From Phoronis australis (taxonomy: Eukaryota; Animalia; Phoronida), in contig NMRA01000107.1 of assembly GCA_002633005.1 (NCBI GenBank), positions 923,414-987,413 of the forward strand: a stretch of 64,000 bases of DNA, read 5' to 3'. Positions 41,001 to 53,200 of the stretch are shown here, one piece after another. The notes below the pieces were generated by a model. It saw only the letters and a program-made list of their open reading frames with translations, ran no database searches and was not told the DNA's origin. Positions within the stretch are counted from its first letter, which is position 1; the number at the start of each line of letters is the position of its first letter. A program made the position numbers and the translations under genes.

Positions 41001-41810
41001 AATGGGCATTGTCAAAAATAACGACTCAAACTAATTCCAAGTCTCTTTGACGTCATCGTTTCATTTCCACATAGAGTTTAAAAAACGAAAGTCAATCTGG
41101 TGTAACATAACTTTAGTAAACCATGTGCAAATTAAAGACAGAGTTTGATACAACCTTCATATTAGAAACATCCTGCAAGAATTCGACTGTACATACACAC
41201 GAATCTGTTGAAAGAAACAAAACGGATGTTGCTGTTTAAATGGTGTATTTGACGAATCGTATTTCATTGAACAAAAAAATTATCACCACGCCAGGTAGGT
41301 CCCAAGTCAAGTCAAAACCATAATCATTTCCAGTCACTTTAACAAAGTCTGAAATAAATGTGAATACATTGTACAGCAACAAGATTATTACGTTCAAAAA
41401 GGCACAATATGTAATGTATTTTGACAGAAAATACTTCAAAACTGCTTAAAAGTTTTAAACATTTATGCCGTCTTTGCAATTTTTTAATTGACTTGGGAAA
41501 AGATCACTATTGCCCGTTTTCCCGTTGCCTGAAAAATTAAACATTATTTAATCTTTGACATTTTAAGCGCTTTACGTTTGGAGAACATGACAGTTGAATG
41601 CAGTAAAAGTAATCGAGTGAAATAATAGAAAAAAATTGTTTAATACGATAAAGCATCATGAATCATGTACATGTATTTCTAACATTAATGTCATAACGAT
41701 TATCAGTTAAGATTTCCATTGATTATAATGGCTATTTTTGGGAAAAGTTGCTCATTTCCGTCCATTTCTTCATGGGACCCCGAGGAAAGTTCCACTTCCG
41801 CTTGGTATGA
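36426..41810. repeat. Near-identical direct duplication across single-N join 39134 (probable haplotype overlap)
   Basis: 36426-39133 vs 39135-41810; the breakpoint is exactly at the N. Confidence 0.9.
36581..36996 (-). pseudogene. P2X7-ballast-like (KolX-type) Cys-rich ORF relic
   Basis: GFTGYQFKPKCNDQEILERRRERAQ, then (frameshift) LNDLSCCQCANCAIKETTDASVCCHEIP...MCFTDHPDFALHLNRGVL, matching 'YQFEP' + 'WCxCxxC...CCxE...CxTxHPxF'. Confidence 0.7.
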
Positions 41811-42329
41811 AATGGATGCGACGCCCGATAGTGGCGATATGCATGGGTAACACAACAGTTCGTCACACTATATCTGCAGCGTCGTGATCTTGTCAATGAT
41901 CAAAGCGATGATTGTTTATTTTCATTATTTCATTAATTAGTTGAGGTTTTTGGGTTTCGATATTTGCACGAACATAATTAAGTTTTGGAGCAAGTTGACG
42001 AAGCAGTAAATGTGAGGTAGGCAGAAAATATCTAACTAGATTGAGGTCACTGTTAATCTGTAAGAATATTGGGATTCCATGAAAATCTAGCGTGATGGGT
42101 GGGAAAGATGATCGGATGGGGATAAGCAGAAGCACCGATTATCGTCTTATAGTCTGGTTTTGAAATAGTGCAGACTTTTTTTAAAGTGGGTTGTAAATAA
42201 TTCATAATTGAAACAAATATACATAGAGGTATATACATTTAAGTAGTATCTAATATAAGAATCCCAATAATTAGATATGCTATTGTGAATATATAACAAC
42301 AAAAACATGTACAGATTCATGTATGGAAA

Positions 42330-42664
42330 TCAGGAGCAGCAATATTGATAAACGGTACATAAAAGTTTGCCAACGTTGCTTAGGAGGAATTCATTGAGAA
42401 CGACGTCAAAGTTAGGACTACCATTCAATAATAATGTAAATTTAGTATTACAAGAATTGAGAAAATTAGCAATTGATTGGTTTAAATTGTGAGTGCATGA
42501 AAGAGTGAGTCTCACAGGTATTCGATGAGGGGACATTTGAAGAAAATATGAGGATAACATTGATGGTCACCACATTTACAGTTTGGAGAAACATTACTAA
42601 AGTTATGCCTAAACTTGTCAGAATTGAGGAAAAGACCTCATCTTGATCTGTACAATGCTATTTC
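42330..42664 (-). mobile_element. CR1-like LINE C-terminal remnant next to gap 42665-43110
   Basis: LNSDKFRHNFSNVSPNCKCGDHQCYPHIFFKCP...LLLNGS, the typical CxCG...HxFFxCP terminal motif. Confidence 0.65.
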
Positions 42665-43284
42665 NNNNNNNNNNNNNNNNNNNNNNNNNNNNNNNNNNNN
42701 NNNNNNNNNNNNNNNNNNNNNNNNNNNNNNNNNNNNNNNNNNNNNNNNNNNNNNNNNNNNNNNNNNNNNNNNNNNNNNNNNNNNNNNNNNNNNNNNNNNN
42801 NNNNNNNNNNNNNNNNNNNNNNNNNNNNNNNNNNNNNNNNNNNNNNNNNNNNNNNNNNNNNNNNNNNNNNNNNNNNNNNNNNNNNNNNNNNNNNNNNNNN
42901 NNNNNNNNNNNNNNNNNNNNNNNNNNNNNNNNNNNNNNNNNNNNNNNNNNNNNNNNNNNNNNNNNNNNNNNNNNNNNNNNNNNNNNNNNNNNNNNNNNNN
43001 NNNNNNNNNNNNNNNNNNNNNNNNNNNNNNNNNNNNNNNNNNNNNNNNNNNNNNNNNNNNNNNNNNNNNNNNNNNNNNNNNNNNNNNNNNNNNNNNNNNN
43101 NNNNNNNNNNGATTTAGGGATCAAAAGCCAAATCAAAATAAACATCCGGGCTAATAATTCTAAGTCAGTTTTCAAGCACACAATTTTCCCAAGTATAACT
43201 CATTGGACGTACATGTATCTTCAGAAAATTTGCCTGACGTACGCTCACTAGATGTTTTCAAAAACGGGCTTTTATGCGGAAAAC

Positions 43285-43760
43285 AACTAGCATTCAACTG
43301 GGTTCGGGGCACTAGATCTCAAATACGAAATTTATTTTCGAAAAACGTCTTTCGAAAGATGACGCCAGAGATACACAAATTGATTGAAACAACTTTAAGC
43401 TACGAAACTCCCATTCTAAAACTTAATTACGTCCAGTGGAGTCTCATTCTTGACATTCTCTTCTTGAATTCTAGCCGTGTTCAAGTGTCTTCTCAAACTC
43501 GGTATTTCGAATGCCAGTTCGGAAGCACAAATTTCTTCATAGAAATCAACAAGTTTCATCACATATGCCTTAATACAATCTTCGGCGGAGTTGACCAAAT
43601 TAGTGGTTAAGATGGTTTCGAACAAATCGACCATTTGTGGCTTTGCTTTCGAATTCAACTGAATTGCTAATCTGTCCAAGCATTCTAACATTCCCCTTTA
43701 TTTTGGTCGGTAAACGACAGACCGACATCTGACGACTGCACTCGGGTTTTCATGGTTGCC
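43285..43760 (-). mobile_element. hAT transposase C-terminal (dimerization domain) relic
   Basis: MLECLDRL...TPLDVIKF, then SLKLFQSICVSLASSFERRF..ISYLRSS, matching 'LxLFLTIxVSxASxERSFSKL..IKxYLRS'. Confidence 0.72.
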
Positions 43761-45024
43761 TGTCCAACATCATTTTGAACAACACTGTTGGGGAATATTA
43801 TCAAGGAGTTGATTTTTAACGACTTTGTCAAGTGTTAAGCTTTTGAATTAAATGTACTCTTGGGTACCATTGACTTCGCGAAGTACCTCGCCCCAAGAGG
43901 TGGATTCGCTGATAGTTATGAGAAGACATTAGAAGAACCTTTTGTAATCAGGATCACACAGGAATATCTAGGGCTTCGAGAATCTCAGCATACACCAATT
44001 GTCCATGGCCACTATGACCATAGAAAGGAGCGTTCCACCTTGTATTTACAAGTCTTTTTAACAGTTGCTGACATACATGTAGTGGTGGGATTGCACCTGT
44101 CAATTTTTACTTATGTAAGATTTTCAACATTTGGTCTACGTGGGATTAATCAGGTGTACTGTTAAACATCATTCCTTAGTATTTGGCTGTGTTAATTTGG
44201 CTCAGCATTTTTCCCTGACGTGATCGCCATCAATTTATTTTGCATCTGAGGAAATATATGACGCATCTCCCCTCCAACTGCTCCAACCTCACCAAATACC
44301 CTTACATTACATTGTCTGAAGTTCTAAGACGAGATTGCCCCCGTTAGAGGCTGATTTGTACTCATTGTGGCCTTTTGCATTGTCATTTCCAACTGTCTCT
44401 ACAGTGTATCTTCCTTTTTCTTTTGTCTCGTCGGCTATTGCGACCAATTCGTTCTACTTAGCATTTTTGAGGAGCTAGACAGTGAATTTATAAGATGTAC
44501 TGCAACATTGTAACACTCGAATTGATATTGTTGACGACGTAATTTTGCGTGAGTAGCTACAATGTAACAGTAAGCGGAGAAAGTTGAATAGTCTGGCCGC
44601 CACATGTATTGCATTACATGTACGATTGCCAAAACTGTGCGCCAAACCCAGCATCAATACCCCAAACCCGGTTTGCGTTGAAATGATATTGGTACCATCA
44701 GTAGTAGAGTAACAGGTGATTTCGGGGGTGACACTCGATGAACTAAAATTATTCCAATAGTCAAGATAAGATGAAAGACTGCCATTCAGTCATTTTAGCC
44801 TTAGTTTAAGGTGTCATCCTTAAAAGGATGTCACGGTGGCGATTCTCCCCCATTCCTACTGCCTTCACTTAGATACGACACTGTTGTAGCATGATTATTG
44901 ATTTACTTTGCAATGGTCATGACAATGTCTAAGGCGAAATTGTACCACATGGTAAATAATATTAAGGAAATTTGATCACTTGTAACGTTTACCCCATTAA
45001 CTTAATAAATGATTCATATCTTAC

Positions 45025-45142
45025 CCGCAGGTTCTTGCACACCTCCCCCTGGCGAGGAGTCCAGCAAAGCCCTGCGAGTTGCAAGAATCTTTTACCCATG
45101 CAAGGCAATTTCCCGCATCTTTGCACGTCTCCGATAAGGGAA
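45025..45142 (-). CDS. Gene B ShKT/ICR-like domain exon
   Basis: ctcttcttattcAG acceptor, phase-1 entry matching the EGF exon; (V)PLSETCKDAGNCLAWVKDSCNSQGFAGLLARGRCARTC+GG, the ShKT pattern CxD...CxxW....C...CxRTCG; GTAAGA donor. Confidence 0.8.
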
Positions 45143-46679
45143 CTGAATAAGAAGAGCAGATGGCAGGTCTATTTTGTGGTAATGGGGAGGTGCAACCAAG
45201 ACGAAAGAAAAGCGTGGCTGTTCAAAACGGCGCAGCTACTATGGGGCAGCGGACATGAGTTAAGTAGTTATGTTCGACAGAGAAGAAACCCAAAAAGCTG
45301 TTACGGATAATTGGAAGAATTACGTTAGGTGCGATAACGTCGTCGGAGTTGAATGTTAAGCAGCAGCTGCGTGTATTGATTAAGGACTACTTGTGTTCAA
45401 TATTATCAAGAAGAACAAATAGTGAATGTTAAAAGAAACGATAGCACTACAAACGAAACATCGCCAACTTCAAAATAGACAACGTCAAGTGTCCAGCAGA
45501 ATTATATGCAACAAGTTAACTTTATGCAGACCACGTTGCTGTCGGACAATACAATTTCACTGATTCCCAGCAATAAAACCTCTTAAATAGTTTGTGAGTC
45601 CAGTGACTATAAACATTTAAGGTGACAGTGATCATGGGAATTATATTTGTAAATATTCCATTTATTCAACTTTATGTGGAGTGTTGTGGCGCTGCACAGA
45701 AAATTAATCGACTCATTTCCCTAACATTGGTGATAATTGACCCATCTGACTCTGTCTCACATGTGAATGAAAAATCAACCAGTAAGAGCGAAGGTGTTTG
45801 GTCGAATGTGCGCGCACCCAGCCTAAAAAATAGGGGCTCGAATTTTTTTAATGTGGGCCTTTTACGTTCAGAGCTATGAATTGTGCATTCGCAAAATTCC
45901 TACTTTTTAGTGGACTTTTGTCTCGTTTTCTACTTTTTCCGGACATTTTTTGTTTCTCGGAGGCAGAACTTTTTGCCCTCTTCGCTAAATGAGTGGGCCC
46001 CTGAGCCCCAACACCCTGGGTGCGTGCATGTGCGCGGAACGTGGATGAAACAGTTGTGTTTTTGAAAGATCTCGACAACACAGGATAAAGATAAAGAAGA
46101 TAGACTCGGTTGATTGCATTCAGAGAAAGTCGACTGGGTCATTGCTGGCTTTTGGAGACATACTCTTGTTAAATATCTCGCGCGTTTTTGAGCTATATTT
46201 TAACCAGTACTCCAGTATACACTAATGTACAGTTAAAATCTTGATATCGAAGTGACACCGCTGGCATTGTTTTTGACTCGTAATTGAATAAACATATATA
46301 GACAGAATATTAAGAATATTTTGAGTTCGGTTTTATGAAAATACGTCTTAACTCGATTTTCGTTTTTAGTGAGTTTAACCAGGCGAAATTCAACTTTAAA
46401 CAGCAAAGTAACGACAACTATTAGGTAAGTTAACTTTGAAGACTTCTTAAATAAGGTCAGTAATGCCAGGAACTTGGCTGTATTTTCGGTTTAAATGCTT
46501 GAAGGTGGAACAAGGCTACACTGTAATTGGCCCAATAGTAGCAGTATTTGTCCTAAACACAACGTCTGTCTCGAAACTTTCAAAAGCAACTATTAAACCT
46601 CACCGATGTTTGTCGGCTAGCAACCTTACAAGCTTTTGGAGAGTGACGCAAAGCCAAAAATTAGCAGGTTCTGACTCAC

Positions 46680-46793
46680 CTCTAAACTCGCACCACTTGC
46701 CAGAGAAGCCGACCTTGCACGTGCACTCGCATGTTTGGAAGTTGTAGGTGCCTCTCTTGTTGCATTCTTCCTCACCTGGAGTCGCCAAGCAAT
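46680..46793 (-). CDS. Gene B EGF-like exon, copy 2
   Basis: cttttacAG acceptor, GTGAGT donor, 114 nt, phase 1-1; (D)CLATPGEEECNKRGTYNFQTCECTCKVGFSGKWCEFR. Confidence 0.85.
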
Positions 46794-46980
46794 CTGTAAA
46801 AGAGGACGTATTTCACAAGCCAGCTCAGGGGTCTGCAAAATCACGGAAAATATCACGTCTCGCTCCGTTATGAGCCAAACTTATTCACGGGAGATACTTT
46901 GTGCCAATGTTTGTCGGCTAGCAACCTTGCAAGCTTTTGGAGAGTGACGCAAAGCCAAAAATTAGCAGGTTCTGACTCAC

Positions 46981-47094
46981 CTCTAAACTCGCACCACTTG
47001 CCAATGAAGCCGACCTTGCACGTGCACTCGCATGTTTGGAAGTTGTAGGTGCCTCTCTTGTTGCATTTTTCCTCACCTGGAGTCGTAAAGCAAC
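46981..47094 (-). CDS. Gene B EGF-like exon, copy 1
   Basis: catttgcAG acceptor, GTGAGT donor, 114 nt, phase 1-1; (G)CFTTPGEEKCNKRGTYNFQTCECTCKVGFIGKWCEFR, 6 Cys with the CxCxxGFxGxxC EGF signature. Confidence 0.85.
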
Positions 47095-47299
47095 CTGCAA
47101 ATGAGGACGTATTTCACAAGCCAGCTCAGGGGTCTGCAAAATTACGGAAAATATCACGTCTCGCTCCGTTATGAGCCAAACTGATTCACGGGAGATACTT
47201 TGTGGCAATCATTATGGTATTTGTGACAGTAAGTCCTATGAAAGACAGTTGGTTGAATTTACTATCGAACTTGACAACCTCCAATGGTGAACAGAGCTA

Positions 47300-48500
47300 T
47301 GTGGAGAATGTCATTATCTCACAGTATTAGACTTTAGCAGGGCAATTTGTTGAGCTTCTTACAACCACTCCCCCTAAAGTCCAGGTTTATTCACATCGAC
47401 AACGACGTAAAGAAAAAAAGCCAGTCTTTTAACATCTTGAGTCGGATCCTGAGCTCAACCCATTTAAACTTTAAGTTCTTACCTGCAACAGTATGTCTGC
47501 TGAAGCCATTTTTGGAATTTGCTCCATCTATCGTTGGCCGGGTGTATTCAACTATCCCAATAGGGGCGCTTAATATTATTGAAAATTAATAGGATTGGAA
47601 CCAATTCCTTAGACTAATGGCATTGCATGAAAAAGTCCCCGATTATTTACATTATAATCACAACAAAAGAACGTGCTGGGAAGATTAACATCAGTGTGTG
47701 AACAAGATCAACAAATGCACCAGAAATTTAGGGATTATGTTTCAGTTCCTGTTGGAACAGTTTTATGCAATCGGCCACTGGTCTCTGTGCACTCAACATG
47801 GGGCATTCATGGGGTCATTAGGAAGATTCTTCGGAATTTTTTANAGCTCAACCCATTTAAACTTTAAGTTCTAACTTGCAACAGTATGTCTGCTGAAGCC
47901 ATTTTTGGAATTTGCTCCATCTATCGTTGGCCGGGTGTATTCAACTATCCCAATAGGGGCGCAGCCATTCATCCTTACCCCAATTGGCCTTATAATATTT
48001 TATCTTAACTGCCACGCAAAGTTCTAGATTTGGAACATGTTGGATGTAAACTACATGATTAACTCTTAATATTATTGAAAATTAATAGGATTGGAACCAA
48101 TTCCTTAGACTAATGGCATTGCATGAAAAAGTCCCCGATTATTTACATTATAATCACAACAAAAGAACGTGCTGGGAAGATTAACATCAGTGTGTGAACA
48201 AGATCAACAAATGCACCAGAAATTTAGGGATTATGTTTCAGTTCCTGTTGGAACAGTTTTATGCAATCGGCCACTGGTCTCTGTGCACTCAACATGGGGC
48301 ATTCATGGGGTCATTAGGAAGATTCTTCGGAATTTTTTACTATTTCCTCCAGCTCGCATTGCTGTGTGGCGACAGTCATACCTTTGTGACTTTCAGAAAT
48401 ATCCACATCTTCAATGTAATTCATATCTTTGTACTACTAAGGCTCATGCTGCACAGGAAATTGTTAACTGGTGCAAGGGTTATCTACTCTTTAAAATGTA
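47300..48500 (+). mobile_element. CR1-like LINE 3' remnant, partly duplicated across N47844
   Basis: LKPFLEFAPSI..., DLEHVGC..., LFPPARIAVW resemble VRPxLEYA...FFPRxIxxW; followed by a 76-bp tandem duplication (48497-48572 / 48573-48648). Confidence 0.55.
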
Positions 48501-49439
48501 TTTTATTTCAGTTTTGCACAGATACATTATTGACTTCAGTGAACAAGTCGCTTAATAAGGGTAAATAGTTCGTGTATTTTATTTCAGTTTTGCACAAATA
48601 CATTATTAACTTCAGTGAACAAGTCGCTTAATAAGGGTAAATAGTTCGAAGGTCGGGCGGTGCAATCATAATTTTTCAGCTTATGCTTGATGCCAACGAT
48701 TAGCACAATAAAGTAATGATCAATTCCATATGGTAGGATCATTATGCGCGTTTATCAGGTCATCAAGTAGAATTTCGACTCTTCTTTGAGTATTGTGAGC
48801 TAGACAGTTGTGATTCTGAGCTCTATGGAAAGCCTTGAATGTAATTCACTTCTCTATATGACTCGCAATACACCGGAAACGATCAGGCTCAAGAGTTATT
48901 TGTTTTCCAAATATTTTTCTCGGACAGGTTTGAACATACATTGTCAACTTCTGTGCACTGGCGTAAGGCAACGTGACCGTTTACACAGTAAGGTATTAGT
49001 TATCTAGTGAGAGACAAACCTTAATATTGAGCTACTTACATACACGATCTCGAAATTAATGATTATTATCTATGATCACAACTCAATCCCTTAATTAAGG
49101 ACATTTGTTGCGCTAATTGAGTCATTAGTTGCACTTTTTTAAATGTTTACTTTTTCACTCAACTTGCAACAACGCGTGCCAAGACTAAGATGTTCGCTGC
49201 CTTTTTCTTATCGTTATTGTATATTTAGGATCTATGATTCAAAAGAAGGGGTCGGTTTGGGCACGTCAATTGTTTTCTGTTGCTCACAAAAATAGGAAGC
49301 TAGACCTTTTCAAATCCTTCAAAAGCTAAATATGTTATAGCAGCTGTGCACAGGTCTCAACATCACGCCAAGAGTCTGTTGATGCCAAGGTGAAATGACA
49401 TAGGTGAAATTGCTATCACGCTTGCAAAATGATACAAAC

Positions 49440-49474
49440 CCGGGCCATATGGTTGGGAGCTCGTGCGATGGTGA
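49440..49474 (-). CDS. Gene B putative 35-nt micro-exon 5 (CAP C-terminal PYxxG linker)
   Basis: Strong ttttttccattccAG acceptor; phase-2 entry reads (R)HHRTSSQPYGP+G; GTTTGT donor. Phase-1 exit joins the EGF exon in frame and supplies the PY..G motif expected after CNYxP. Confidence 0.6.
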
Positions 49475-50204
49475 CTGGAATGGAAAAAAATATGTTGAAT
49501 ACTTGCATTTGCCATCATGATTTTTATAATAACAAAACATGTCGAGAGCCATGCTTAAAAAATTATGAAATTAACACAATAGGTGAGTTTTACAATGTCT
49601 GAAATTTTCATGAGAAAAATGAATCGCATTGCACGGAGAAAAATCCTAAAAAATCTACGAATGTTGATTCCCTATAAAAATAATGAATAGCATTTCTTCG
49701 AAATATGGTTAAGGCTTGATTTTTTAAATGTGAAGCAAGTTTCGGGGATTTGTTTTATCAGGTTCACTTCGAACAGGTTGCAGACATAACTTAAATATTT
49801 TTCACTGCCGGAAATCTTATTAAGAGATAGTGAAGTCAATTTTTGCTTAGAATTCCATATCTGGAATGCTAACTCCGATTTCGGGGCGGCTGAGTTTGCG
49901 CCACGCATGCGTGAGACTTATGCACATGTGTTTGTTACCGCGTGTGGATTTGCTATGAAATTTACTGTTATTAGAACTTTTTGTAATTCCGACATTTTTT
50001 AACCTAATTGCATAATGAGCCATACCAGCTGTTGATGATTCTACCAGAAACAATTTAAATGATAAGTAATTTTTATTTCTCAGTTAAGGGAAATAATTTC
50101 ACTGATTCAAACAAAACCGTCTAACCTGTAAGCACAAAGACTTTAGAAAATGGGTCCGTTAAACTTGCTGTGGATAATTTAATCTAGCATTCATACAGAG
50201 TTAT

Positions 50205-50760
50205 AAATGGATCATTACATGTTTTCAGTCCTTATCCCCCGTAATCGAGAGCTCGAGTATATTTTGGATAATTATCGCCCTCGGATAATAATTCTACAAA
50301 ACCCACGAGGTCTTTAAGTAACATGTAACAATCTATTGGCACCACATACTCATTAATAAACATTGAATCGATCTATCTTTCTCGACTCGACTCGGCTATG
50401 TAACTACTTTCTATGTTAAAGGCCCCTGGACGGAGGAAGTTACGCTTAAAAAAACGCCGAGTTATTGTTGCTAAAAATAATGCTTTTACTCAAAACCAAA
50501 TGAGAATTTATACAAAATGAAAATAAGGTGAAACCATAAAACTTCTTTTAAACAACTAAAAATATCGTTTGCTAAAGAAGGCTATCCCGAAGACATGTTA
50601 CCGCATTTAATTTGGAGATCGACAGTACACAAGCGAGAGAAATGTCACATAATTGTTACTGAATTAAAATGTTGTTTTAATTGAAACTGGTAGGGTTTCT
50701 TTTCAAAGCGTATGAATGTCGGTACAATGCCGTTTGTTGAACTTGCGATTATTGCGCGTC
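50205..50760. mobile_element. Older copy of the long-palindrome non-autonomous element
   Basis: Degenerate palindrome ~50211-50335; downstream gaatcgatcta.ctttctcgactcg.ctcggct.tgtaactactttcta block shared with 61250-61300. Confidence 0.75.
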
Positions 50761-51619
50761 CTCAATTAAAGTTAACCTCCAGTAACCCAATACCATATTG
50801 ACACCAGAACTACAAGTATTTTCAGTAAAACATTGTTTTTTGTTGCATTCCAAAGAAAGCAATTCAAGATTGCTACGTAAATTACACTGCTCGTAATTCT
50901 TAGCCCTTTCGAGTCCCCCAGAGAAATTCTCAACCAATCAGCGTAAATTGGTACATATGAAATCATCGTGCCAACGAAATTTCCTCTAACCCTCACTTCG
51001 CAACAACTGAGTGTCACTTGTTGGACGTAGGTTACTTATCGGTCTCTGGGCTAGAACGCCGCGTTGCGGTGTACGGGTGCAACAGTGTAAGCGCCAATGT
51101 TATACATGTGTGCAACTTCCTCGCCCATCCGTCATGTGTGGTACATGGAATAGATTTGTAACCACGAAAAGGATTGGCGACGGAATTCCCGATCATCAAG
51201 ATCTGTTCTAGCCTTTTTCGCAAATCCACAGCATTCCACCGATGTGAGTAAAAAAATACCAAATAAAACCTGATACAACATTTGTGTCAAAAATGTGCAA
51301 CGTTCTTTTTGAGTGGACTATTCATCTGCTGCTAAAATTGTAGTGCGCTCTTTTGAGATGGCTTTCGACGCCGTCACCATTTGGCCAGTTTCTGTTCCCC
51401 CGATTCTTCAACCAACTGTTCTTCTCTTAAACGAGGTTGCGTATTCGTCACAACAAATGATAGCAACTGCTTTCAATTCGTAACATAATAATAAGTTTTA
51501 CGACGAGGAAACTATAAGAACTACACGTTGTGTGAGATTTCGGGGTCTGACGGAGTTCAACACACAGTGATACACCTAGTGGTATTTTGACGATTGTCCG
51601 AAAACTACTAGCTGGATGG

Positions 51620-53200
51620 CTTCTTCTTCTTTTTCTTCTTCTTCTGCGTTCCAGGCGACGTACCTTAGGTGGCCCGTCTGGTCTTTTGGGCAAAGTCTGC
51701 GGTTCGTCGCAATGATCCTGTCTGTCCCCACAGTTTTACTGTGACTTCCATCGGACCTGCCATGTCTGGCACCTTAGGGTATCAAACGTGAAGCAGCTCT
51801 GCAATAAATGCTCAGGGGTCTAGGGGCCAGCGCCACAGGGGCACTCGTTTATGTGAGAGATTTCCAGGCGATGCATGTGGGAGAGCAACTGGCAGTGGCC
51901 AGTTCTTAGCCTGAAGATAGTGACTTGTTCTTGGCGGTCAAGCTGGTAGATATAGTCTTGTTTAATCCCCAGACGTAGGCGTTCCCTCCAGGCATTTCTA
52001 AAGTGAATTCGTATGAGGGTATTCAATTCTCCGTACTACGATGGGTGCGTCGTCTGCTCCACATCATTGAAAGAGGTAACTGTTAATCCACGCATACACA
52101 TGTACATTTTGCCGAATACTTTTGGAGAAGCGAGCCTTCCTTCCAGAACTTTTCGAAGGCTTTGATTTGGTCCACAAAGACTGCTAGTGTCTTCATGTTC
52201 TGATGAAAATCATTGTTTATGTCTTGTGTGAGCAACGTGATCTGGTCATCTGTGCTTCTGTTCGTTCTGAACCCTGACTGAATCAGGTTATTAGCTTGTT
52301 CTTTTCTAAGTGATATTGCAGGCTTTTGTTGACCATGCGTTTCGTGAGTTTGCTTGAGCAGCTGTGAAGGCTGACGTTCTAATAGCTACTTTTGCTCTAC
52401 TTGTCCATCCCCTTCTTCAAGATTGGAATGATTATGGCTTACTGGAAAAACCCCCGTGCTCCAAGATTGGTTGTAAATATCCAAAAGCTTAATGTTTCTT
52501 GTGACTATCAAGGTGCTGAAGTATATCATGGCTGATGTCGTCATTTCCGGGTGCCTTCTTGGTCTTAAGCTGTCTCATGGAACTGTTTAGTTTTTACATG
52601 GTCATACTGGCACTTGTTTCTTCTTTAGTTACTCCATCTTCTTTGTTGGGATTTATGTATGTCCAGGAGGCTGTCGTTTCTAAAATTCCCAGAAAGCAGG
52701 GATGTGACACTTCTCCCAGTGTAAGCCTGTCAGTCTCCTTTTAGAGGCTGTGCTCCTGAAGTACACTGGTCGTTTAGGGTCTTTGTGAGCTACCAGAGAT
52801 TCCCTGTGTCTTTCTCCATGTTTATAGAGCGCTGATCTTCTCGTGCCAGGACTTGCAGAATTCTAATGTCTTTTCCTGGTCAGATGCAGCTCTTGCTTTA
52901 TTATAGATTGCTGTTTTTCGGGTTGGGTCTTTTTCAAGTTGCTCTCTTTTTGATGTTAATAGATCACGGAGATTTTGCAGATGGCCACTCCAGTATGGTT
53001 TGTAGTCTCTTCATCTTCCCCCTGCAATGCTCTGGCGTGCTGCCTGGAGTATGCAGGTAGATGCCCGCCTGACATTGATGTTGACGTCTTGCTTTGAATC
53101 ACCGGTTGTTTCTCTGCAGAGTGCGTCTTTCAGTTTTTAAACTTCGTCCAGTTTGCCTTTTTGTTGCTCCAGATAAGCTCTTTTCGTGTGAAGGACGGTT
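51620..53200 (-). mobile_element. I-group/Nimb-like LINE remnant with (GAA)n tail
   Basis: RT piece QSGFRTNRSTDDQITLLTQDI...TLAVFVDQIKAFEK; C-terminal FRLRTGHCQLLSHMHRL...CPCG...TPEHLLQSC zinc knuckle; (TTC)n at 51620-51645. Confidence 0.78.

Larger units (their letters stand above)
46606..47209. repeat. Two-copy 301-bp tandem duplication containing the EGF exon
   Basis: 46606-46907 vs 46907-47209 differ at about 12 positions by manual comparison; no N at the junction. Confidence 0.95.

Noticed and set aside
36426-41810. Long terminal direct repeats of a single transposon
   Set aside because: The duplicate starts mid-element, runs 1 kb past its TTAA end and breaks exactly at a single N, which fits haplotype overlap better.
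41893-42240. Penelope-like linker fragment
   Set aside because: Only a loose resemblance (...YFLP...YVRA); no RT or GIY-YIG motif visible.
42615-43251. Long ORFs of 179-202 aa
   Set aside because: Almost entirely the N gap 42665-43110.
47169-47235. Extra Cys-containing exon (TYCHKYHNDCHK) upstream of the EGF exon
   Set aside because: It has an AG acceptor but only a weak donor, and its phase does not fit the neighbouring exons.
46606-48648. CRISPR-like array or prokaryotic system among the direct repeats
   Set aside because: The repeats are two-copy duplications without unique spacers, there are no cas-like ORFs, and the context is intron-containing eukaryotic DNA.
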